The notes below the pieces were generated by a model that made no database searches, had not been told where the DNA came from, and was given only the letters and a program-made list of their open reading frames with translations. A stretch of 64,000 nt of DNA from Hydrolagus colliei (lineage: Eukaryota). The position numbers and the translations under genes are program-made. The stretch is from NCBI GenBank assembly GCA_035084275.1, contig CM068762.1:11036001-11100000 (forward strand), read 5' to 3'. This document shows, one piece after another, positions 26,177 to 40,723 of the stretch; the stretch's first letter is position 1; the number at the start of each line of letters is the position of its first letter.

Positions 26177-26340
26177 ATTTGTTTTAATGAAATCAAGGTC
26201 TGATCGAGGTCTCTACCCGATCAGCAAACAATAACATCGGACATCGTTCACACATAATAGAACTGCAACAACAACAAGGTGGAGTTATATACCGCCCTTA
26301 GCGTGGGGCAGAGTGTCGGAGCACTTGAAGTGACTGGCTG

Positions 26341-26674
26341 TAATAATAATTAATAATAATAATAATCCTTGCATTCGATACAGCGCTTTTCACATCTTAT
26401 CGACATCTCAAAGCGCTTCACCGAATATACTATAAAGTGAATTGACTGTATATTTGTGGGCGAAACGCGGCAGCCAATCGCACACAGCAGCGTCCCCCAC
26501 AAACAGACGTGGATTGAAATGATCCATTTTTTATGCTTGTGTTTTTTTTCAATTTGATTATTATTAGGCGTGTGTGTGGAGTAAGAAAAGTTGCCCAAGG
26601 TTTTGCCCTGATCTGCCTGGATTCGAATACAGGTCTCACTCTTGTGAGGCTCTAACCACTGAGCTATAGGAGCT
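26341..26674 (-). mobile_element. tRNA-derived SINE copy, inverted relative to 25838-26176
   Basis: Family motifs. Confidence 0.88.
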
Positions 26675-27309
26675 GCAGTGATTGGCATTGAAATTTCACA
26701 TGCTCCACCACTTACGCACTACCTTCAGATCCCTGATTCCTTCTAAACTCTGCTCTCCCGCAAGATGCATATGCACACGAAGATGAATGACGGCTGAATT
26801 AAGGAATAATTAATGGTCAGAGTCAGAGGGTGGGGGGGGGAGGTTCCACCGTATCTGACTGAACAGATTTCACCTTTCAATGTCCAAGGTTAAACCACCG
26901 TCAATCAATGTAGCCCTAGATGTTTTGAAACCTGAACATTTTCAATGGAGTAATTGTTCATCAGAATGATTAATTTAGCGTTCATTAGCTTTACCTTGGG
27001 GACCGCAAAGAATCATGGCTTACTTTTTCCTCCTGTTTACCAAACATAAAATTCAACGTACTTTTGATGCTCAGGCCTTATAACTTCCTGTCCGCTGGAG
27101 AAATAATAACAATAGTTAATTCTTATATTTGGTAGAGTGCCTTTATCACACCGCCAAGCCGTCTCAAAGCGCCTCATGGGATTTTACTGTGAAGACTGCG
27201 TATTTACGGTGAATGTGACAGCCAATTCAAGCATAGCAATGTCCTACAAACAGCCATGAAATGAGCGACTACTTTTGTTTGGTGGATTCGAAGGTTTCAC
27301 CTTCTGTCC

Positions 27310-27425
27310 TTCAATGGAATGTCCAATTTGGGGACAGGCACAAGGAAGTATTTCTTCACCCGGAGAGTTAGTTGAAGCTTGGAACAGGATACCAGTGAGA
27401 CTGGTGGAGTGCCTGCACAGTGTCT
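27310..27425 (+). mobile_element. CR1-type LINE ORF2 C-terminal fragment
   Basis: RKYFFTRRV/VEAWNRIP..LVE motif. Confidence 0.6.
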
Positions 27426-30312
27426 GCAAACCCCCCCCCCCCCCCCCCCCCCCCCCGTAAAGAACATGCAGAATTAGGCAAAATTCCTCAACTCCAAAAT
27501 GAGCTTGTTTTCTGCCGTTCTTAAAAGGGACAGAACTTCCATGTCTGGATGGAACTTAAGAACTCTCCAAATTGAAGTGCTGCGCGATCTTAAATTTTAA
27601 GATACAATGCTTTTTACAAGTTGAGACGAGGTGTAATCCTGGATCGAGATACAGTATTGATATCTGAACAGATGCCAGAAAAATCACCTCCATCCAGCAT
27701 TTCACTATGTGGCCCACTTTACAAGTCAATAAATGCCTGGCCACTGCTCTCTACATAACTCAATATTAACTGTACATAAGATGTTGTCACGGTCACCAAT
27801 GTAATGATGATTAGTGACTAAATAACTTACGACATGTTTACATTACCGAAGAATAATGACTGTTTCACTTTCCTTTGGCTCTGTGTTTGCGTCAAGAACA
27901 CACTCTTGGTGGGTGTTCGCAGCGTACTAACCAAACAGAGGTGTAGTGCGTGGATTCTTATGGCTGTCTCAACTTCTAATTCCCACTGTAGCTTTTAGTC
28001 GGCCGCTAAATCTCTGAAAAGCCTTCGACCCAAAGCAAAGCGTGTCATGTCGTTGTATTGCTACCGTAACCGAGAAGTTATAGCAATTCATAGTCACAGA
28101 AATAGCGTGGAAGCAGGCTGTTCAGTCCGTTATGCTGTTCGCTCCCCTCACTACTTGCTCTCATCTCCGTTCCCTGCACTCTACCTATAGGTACCTTTCC
28201 ATATGATTCCTCTTCAGAGGTTTATCCAAATAGCCCTTAAGTGTTGTAATACTATTCCCTTGCATTTTGAAACAGCGTCTTATCGTTTTTGTTGGGAGCA
28301 TCGCTAGGTGCTTTGCAAGGTGTACGGTAAAGTCTAATGACTATATTTGTGGGAGAATGTGGAAGCCATGCGCATAGAGGTGTGCAATTCACTTTACAGT
28401 GTATTCTGTGAAGCGCTTTGAGACGTCGATAAGATGTAAAAAAAAACCTCTATATCAAATGCGAGGATCATTTTTATTATTACTACAGATGTCCCGCGAA
28501 CAGCCATGAAGCGAATGAACCCAATTTTTATCTATGAGGTTATAGGCCGGGAAACAACCCCACCTTCTAAAGCAAAGTACGTCTCCAACAATGTATTCGT
28601 GGCCACTTTGTGGAAAAGAGTTACAAACTCCCTGTCCCATCTCTTCCCAAGGCCATCCGACGTTTGCTAGGTCTTCACACTTTCATCCCTCCAAATCCCA
28701 TTCGGAAACCGCTATTTTAAGTCCGCGTTCTCATGCAGTTCTGGGAGCGACGTGCATTTCTATGGCAACCGCAATGCTCTGTGATTGAAAATATTACGAG
28801 GAATGTCTGCTGCTTGCAAGCGAGGAAGTCTTGGCTCCACAGTCCAGGATGCATGGGAGATGACCCAATTAATCCCACAATTGTTCCAGGATTGGCATTC
28901 GGAGATTGGGGGAGAGAAATGCACACGATTCAGTTCCAAGGGACGCAATCCGACACTAGGAAAGCACTTTCTGTGTTCTTCGTTTGATTAAGAAAAAGGG
29001 AGGAACTGTTATTTTTATGACATACTTGGTATCTTTATCACGGTTGCAAAACAAAACACTTTTATTCATAACATGATTCGGCAGGCCATGTACAGAATTC
29101 GCAATTGGCTGCCCCGCGTTTCGTCCACGAAGAACACAGTCAATCCACTTCCTAGTACTGTAGCTTCCTTGAAGAGCGCTTCGGAGATGTCTCAACGATA
29201 CGGTGATCAGGCGCTGGATCAAACGCAATCGTTATTGTTAGAAGCCACAGCAGCTCCAAATGTACTTGTCACTGAGGATTAGCTGAACGAGAGGCACCCT
29301 CCACGGAAACGTCTGCCCAGGGAACGGAAAGGAACAAGTCACCCCATGGCGGGAGGTAGGAGCCTTCAAATTCTGCTGGTGTAAGTCATCCAGTACAGTG
29401 TTCGCCTTTGCTCCCAAGGGAAAAGCCCAAACTAAATTACAATCTGAAGCGCCGTTGGCCTTGGCCGGGTGAAACCACATTTGCCAATGACAAAAGAGAC
29501 AATGAAACATACCGCCCTCGAGGGGGTTCATGGCGACGCATTAAAATTTATGTTCCTCCTGTTGGTCACGAGTTTAACGTTAACCTTCCTGGAGCCTGCG
29601 AAAGGTACATAAACAGGCAGGAGGTGGAAGGTGTTTGATTTCCTGGGGACACACTTGAGAACCGCGACTGTTTTTTCAGTCATTAGCTCCAAGAGAGTGC
29701 AGAATACCACCCCGTGGTACTCAACAGTATTACATACTTTTTTAATCGTTTTTTTTACTCGTCCCAGCTTTGCCTCATTCATTATTAACTCAATCCATAC
29801 ACTTGATACCGCGCCTTGTCATGTTGTTGACAATTCTCAAAAGGCTCCTACGGTCTGCATCTTGAACACCACCCCAACAGCAAATTATCCAGTCATATTG
29901 GGAGGGGGGGGCACATTTTTACTGCAGAGACAATTTGATAATAATAATAATAATAAAAAATCATAGCTGATGTTTGGGAGGTCTTCGTGTGTTGGGGGGG
30001 TGGGGGGGGGGGTTGCTCTGTGAAACTTTGCAGTGAGATTTAGTCTGCATTTACGATGGAAAACATTAACAGTTGGTCTGGGTATTTGGCACACAAAGGA
30101 ACCTCTGTGTGAGGTACTCTAGAGAACACGAGGATTGAAGGTTATGCCAACATATTTAATAAATAACCTGAAAAGTTAAACAAGCCTGGGTGGCAGTGAA
30201 TTATTCAGGATTTATTAGGTTGGTGGCTGCAACGGTGTAAGTACAGTGTTTACAAAAATCCTTGTGATATATGGGCAGATAAAACGGTGATCTACGCCAG
30301 CCACCTGTGCCA

Positions 30313-30512
30313 NNNNNNNNNNNNNNNNNNNNNNNNNNNNNNNNNNNNNNNNNNNNNNNNNNNNNNNNNNNNNNNNNNNNNNNNNNNNNNNNNNNNNNNN
30401 NNNNNNNNNNNNNNNNNNNNNNNNNNNNNNNNNNNNNNNNNNNNNNNNNNNNNNNNNNNNNNNNNNNNNNNNNNNNNNNNNNNNNNNNNNNNNNNNNNNN
30501 NNNNNNNNNNNN
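30313..30512. other. Assembly gap (N run)
   Basis: 200 N. Confidence 1.
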
Positions 30513-30820
30513 TACAACTGTTAAGTTTTATTTAATTTCAAGTAATACAGAATTCAATACAGGGTAATAGAGTGGTAGCAGGGGGATTAGAAAGGGTGGA
30601 AGCACTCACAGGCTGGGCTAAATGGCCGTTTTTGCTCACGCTGCACTGTAATTCTATTAAATGCACATTTTAAGTTCTGGTCAGCCAAATAAATTTGGTC
30701 ACTCACTCCGCGGCAGTCTGTGGGATATTGCGGAGTGCGGTTGGCCAGCCTTGTTTTGCCTACAAAATACAGATGTCGTTGAGACCTCTCAAAAGCGCGG
30801 TACAGAAAAAAAAATATCTA

Positions 30821-31240
30821 CAACAAAATTACATTTGTATTGCGCCTTTCACATCGGGAGAACATCCCAAGGCACTAGACAGACCCGAGCTGGGGGGGGT
30901 AGGGTTTTGGGGAGGGTAACGGGAGGGGAAGCGGGGTAAACGACGGCACGGTTGAAGAGGGTCTTGAAGCGGGACTTGAAGGGCGACCAGGGAATGGGGG
31001 GGGGGGGGGGGGGGGGGGGGAGGCGGAGGGACTGAGGGATGGAATTCCAGAGGTGGGGGGTGGGGGTGGGGGGTGCAGAGCGGCTGAAAGCTCGACCGCC
31101 AATGGTGGGTGGGGCGAACACGGAGCAGGTCAGAGCCTGCTGAGTGGTGGGGGGCGCGGACAGGTTGGCAGGGGGTTCGGAGGTCGCAGATGACCACTTG
31201 AAAGCCAGGACCAGGATCTTGAACCGTGTGATGGGAGAGC
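30821..31240 (-). mobile_element. L2-type LINE 3' fragment with tail
   Basis: IGGRAFSRSAP…LWNSIPQSLR…FKSRFKTLF, then tail GCCTTGGGATGTTCTCCCGATGTGAAAGGCGC…(TTG)n. Confidence 0.8.
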
Positions 31241-31599
31241 CACTTAAATATAAAACGTGGGCCGTCCTCTCGACGCGAAAGGCGCTATATAAATGTAAGT
31301 TTCGATTGATTTGATTGATTGATTGATGTATCTCTGATGTGCTTTGAGACGTCTAGAAGACTCTAAAAGCGCTTTATCAAATGCAAGGATTATTATTAAA
31401 CATCATTCAGGGCATCTGCATCAAATAACAATCAACCTCGCAGTTGATATCGTGCCTTATCAGGTTGTCGAGGGCAGTAATAATAATACTACGATTGAAC
31501 TAAGACCATGACAGTGCAGGTAAAGGGAGAGGCTAGGAACTAAAGTGAGCGGAACCAAAGATCTCCGGGTCTGGTTTCCCCCGGACAGGAGACAGTGTG

Positions 31600-32160
31600 G
31601 CTCAGACGCCTCACTCGCTCTCTCACTAACTGACCCGCCACCGCTTCTTTGCTTTGTGAGTCGCGCCGTTAGTCGGCGAGGGGAGGGTTTATACCGAGGC
31701 CGGTAGTGGGGGGTGGGGGGGTGGGGGGGGGGTGGGGGGGGGGGAGGGGGAGAGAGGAAGGGTCGGAGGATTAGGGGCCGGGTAACTGAGGGCTGCGGCG
31801 ACGCTCTTTTTCTCTCATTCACTCCGTCACTCCAGCGCTAGGCTCGGCCCTGACTCGCTGGGCCCTCCGCCATCTTTCCCGCCCCTGGCTCGGCCCCGTC
31901 GTCCAATGGGAGCGCGTCTGGCAGCCCCCACCCCTCCCACGCACCCGGGTTGTGAGCCAATCAGCGAGCGGACGGCCTGATGCGGCGGTGCCCCGTCTCC
32001 GGTGAACCCGGCGGCCAATCAGCAAGCGGTCCGGTGATGTCCCACCTCCGGTTCGCCTAGAGGCCAATCAGCGAGCGGACAGGCTGGTGGATGCCCCGCC
32101 CCCCGGTTAGCCGGTAGCCAATCAGCGAGCGGATTTGGCTTCCGCCCCAGCCTGACCCCT
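31600..32160. promoter_or_regulatory. CpG-island promoter of PSMA5 with five CCAAT (NF-Y) boxes, GC boxes and a YY1 motif
   Basis: CCAAT at 31903, 31957, 32015, 32064 and 32118; CCGCCCC boxes; CCGCCATCTT at 31867-31876; high CpG density just upstream of the ATG. Confidence 0.75.
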
Positions 32161-32322
32161 CCCCCCTCCCTCCACAGATTGTTTTAAGCCACATTTACCA
32201 TTTGAATCTCTTTGAGAAATTGATTAACAGCTGATTCTTTGTTTTCCTCTGTTCTCTTATCTCCCTCACCCTCCCACCCCCCCCTCCCCACACCCCCCAT
32301 TCCCTCAACAGCCTCTGTCAAC

Positions 32323-37470
<5,148 letters not shown>

Positions 37471-37564
37471 AAACACAAAGTGACTTTGAAGGAATGTTGG
37501 CCTGGAGGCACATATTGAAACTGTATTGAATGTTTCTTGTTGGGTGGACGATTTTGTTTCACAA

Positions 37565-37570
37565 AATAAA
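37565..37570 (+). terminator. Candidate PSMA5 polyadenylation signal AATAAA (a second lies at 37741-37746)
   Basis: AATAAA ~95 nt after the stop codon, followed by U-rich sequence. Confidence 0.6.
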
Positions 37571-38567
37571 GGTTATTTTATTGTAGCAGCGAGCAATTCA
37601 ACATACGGTTTATTTGTTCTTACATCACAGATTACATGGGTTAATTTTATCTCCAGGGTCTAAAACATTATCTGCGTCACGATAGATACATGACGTTTGC
37701 TACGATTCGAATGAAGCATTTTGTTACTTACACTCTCATCAATAAACGTCTCATTTTTAACTTGGAATGGCACTCGATAAATGCAATTTTGTTATTGGTG
37801 TTGTGTTTTATGCAGATATAATGTTTTTATGTCCTCTGTACTAAAAGGAACAAAACTATTACAATTCAGGTAAGCTTCATAAGATTATTAACCAACAGCG
37901 ATTAACATTTGTACAGTGCTTTTCACTTCGAGAGGACGTCTCAAGGTGCTGGACAGTCAGAGATTTGGACTCGAGCTGACCCTTGCTGTAGATCTTATGA
38001 TCGATACAAAGTGGAACCTTTTTTTGTCCTTTTGTTTAGCAAGTGAATGACATGCTAGCGTGCTTGTGTGACTGGGGCCAGTGGATCCAGGGGGTCATGT
38101 GTATTCATTGCACTGATAGGTTCAGCAACTATTCCTGACAATGCGTTAAGTGAAAGGGGAAATGGACCATAGAGAAAGCTGTGGAAGTTTCAACTAACGA
38201 TTGATTTATTCTTCTTTGTCAAAGGCTCTCTCTGTGTGGAAAGTGGTTTGTCATGTAAATTAAAACACAGACCTACGATAATAAAACACAGGTTGCCAAA
38301 ATTAATGGGAGGATTCTACATTATTCCGTTGAACATAATTTTTTCATGATGAAGTGAATATTCCATTGGCCTTCAACTTGACAAACTACTACCTTCTCTC
38401 AGGCTCTTATATTTGCAGTATAGCAGTGGCTTCCAAACTTTGAATAGCGGCGCCTACCCCTAACTCAGCAACGTTTTGGTTGTGCCCCCCCCCCCGCCTC
38501 CTTCACACTTGGTTCTGCACACTTGGGTCTTCGGCTCTGCCTCGGCTGTTTGTGAAGCCCGTGGGCA

Positions 38568-38659
38568 GGGGTGGAGTCGTGTCTCCACTGGTGAGTGGAG
38601 ACACGACTCCACCCCATCAGAGTTTTTCTCGGTTGAGAAAAACCGAGAAAAACTCTGAT
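38568..38659. repeat. Two abutting perfect inverted repeats (22-bp and 19-bp stems)
   Basis: Arms 38568-38589/38594-38615 and 38616-38634/38641-38659 are exact reverse complements. Confidence 0.95.
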
Positions 38660-39679
38660 CTCCGTATTCTTGCAAGAACAGTTCATTTTCTCAGCTCAGT
38701 TTATTATGCTGATCTGCCTGCCTGCAAAACAATTCCACATAACCTGACTCACCACAAGTGAGATAAACTGAGTACGATGCAGCTGGAAAGAAACCAAAGC
38801 CTACAGCTCTAGGCTTTTATTATATTGCGGTTCCCAGAGGATTGGCGATCGCATTTCCTTCCAGGTTTTCCATTAATGTGAGGCATAAGAACACAAGATT
38901 TTGGTCAGAACCGCAGGCATTTGTAATTCCCTGAGCAGCAAAATCATACCTTGTGCTACACAACGATATCCTGTGAGAAGTACAACAACAATAACAAATT
39001 GCATTTGTGTAGCGGTGAGGGAAAGTCACAAAGCGTTGGGACAATCAAGAATATGCACCTGGTAGAATATAATGACAATCCAAATCCCTGACTGTCCAGC
39101 CAATGTGAAAGTTGCTACATAAATGTAATATTGGATCGGGTAAACATTTACTGTACAATGAAAGGGCGAAACCATAAAAATAAAATCACAAAGGGACCAT
39201 GCAAAGTAAGAAAAGATATGCAAAGGTTACCGGTGAGATAATGGGACAACCCTTACATTGGAGACGGTGCTTATAATGTCAAGAATTTAGTTTGGAGATG
39301 GAATAATAATAATACTAATAATCCTTACATTTGGTAAGGAGTCTTAGCACATCTCAGAACGCTACACAGCGAATTGACTGTATATTTTGTGGGCGAAACG
39401 CGGCAGCCAATTGCACACAGCGGTGTCCCTCTAAAAACTGGTGGATTGAAGTGACCAAATTATTCTTAGGGATTATTAGTGAAGGAAGGCGGGATGAACT
39501 GAGACGTCAAAGTTATGGAAAACAATAGAGGAAGACCCGGTTTCTCTCTCTCTCTCCCTTCCTTATTGTTTTACACCAATTTTATTGTTATTAATATTAT
39601 TATTCTTAACAGCAATTTTACCAGCTGAGAATATCAAGAGGTGGGTCTAAGTGGCCAGCAGTTGAGTGACATGCCCTAG

Positions 39680-40378
39680 GTCCAATGGGAGCAGGGTATA
39701 TGCACCCTTTGATTGGCACTCACGGGGACCAATAGGAGAGGGGTGGGCTGCAGGAAGGATGCGTGTCTGGGCCAATTGGAGTTGCAGAGTTGGAGGCGGG
39801 CGGACGGGTGCCTGCACCAATAGGCGTTTGTGGGGTGTGCGGGCTGTACGACGGACGTGAGGCTGGACCAATGGAACATGGGGATTGGGTGGTGGAAGGG
39901 GGCGGGTTGTACGACGGACGGGCGTCTGGACCAATGGAAGACGGCGACTTGGAAGGGGTGAGTGTAGGCGGAGGCGAAGTACGTGACGGACGAGCGGTTG
40001 GACGAATGACAGGGAGGATACGGCGTGACGGGCGGGTGTCGGAGCCAATCGGAGCCGGGTAGACTGTTCGGTTGGGGGGGGGGGCGGGCCAGTCTCTAAG
40101 GCCGACCAATGGCGGAGATGGAGTCGGTGGAGTGGAGGAGCTCACGGGTGGCGGTTGGTGAGGAGGGAAGGCGGGTTTTCAGGGGGCGTCGATCGAGGAG
40201 CAGGTTGCTCGGGAGCGTCGTGAGCGAGCGAGTGAAGTAATTGAACCGTCGTCGTGCTGTGGTGGTGATGGTGAAAATATATCAATAAAAAACGGGCAGA
40301 AAATCGCCTCTGGCCTTTCCCTCCGCGACCTGTGAGAGAGTTTGTGAGGGAGGGAGGGAGGGGTGTGGGGAGAAGAAA
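39680..40378 (+). promoter_or_regulatory. SORT1 CpG-island promoter and 5' UTR with a dense CCAAT array and GC boxes
   Basis: CCAAT at 39682, 39729, 39772, 39817, 39868, 39931, 40045 and 40106; ATTGG at 39712, 39775 and 39884; several GGGCGG. Confidence 0.75.
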
Positions 40379-40723
40379 ATGGTGAACAACAACAATAACG
40401 ACGACGCGGCGTCGGCGACCCTGCGCCTCTTCTTGCTGCTGGCGCTCCTACCCCTGGCTCCCGAGGCCGGCCTCCCGCCGCTGTCCTACCACCGGCCGGC
40501 TCGGGTGTCGCTGGTCAAACAGAGCCCGTGGTCGGCCTCGCTTCGCGGTCTCTTCTTCCACCCGCAGTCGTTTCGTCGCCTTACTCACCGCCGGGACAAG
40601 CGGACCCTGCCCTCCTCCGCCCCCGCCACCGACACCACCCCCCGGGACAAGTTGCTGAGGTCGGACGCCACCTGTAAGACCACCGACGGCTTTCAGACCA
40701 ATTTGATGGCCCACACCGACACG
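40379..40723 (+). CDS. SORT1: SORT1 exon 1 (signal peptide and propeptide)
   Basis: aaaATGG start; [16 protein letters not shown]; RRDKR; donor ACG|GTGAGT. Confidence 0.88.

Noticed and set aside
111-26674. Recurrent short ORFs such as [19 protein letters not shown]
   Set aside because: Translations of SINE copies, not a peptide gene family.
28563-28778. Minus-strand exon candidate after ttttcaatcacag
   Set aside because: Stops in all frames, weak donor and no homology recognised.
31895-32150. CRISPR-like regularly spaced repeats
   Set aside because: Vertebrate promoter context, no cas genes, degenerate repeats with related spacers.
31600-32160. NFE2L1/ARE proteasome-gene element
   Set aside because: I found no clean TGA(C/G)nnnGC match by eye.
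38568-38659. Parvovirus/AAV-like T-shaped ITR
   Set aside because: The flanks of the two hairpins are not complementary, so there is no enclosing stem, and no rep/cap-like ORF is nearby.
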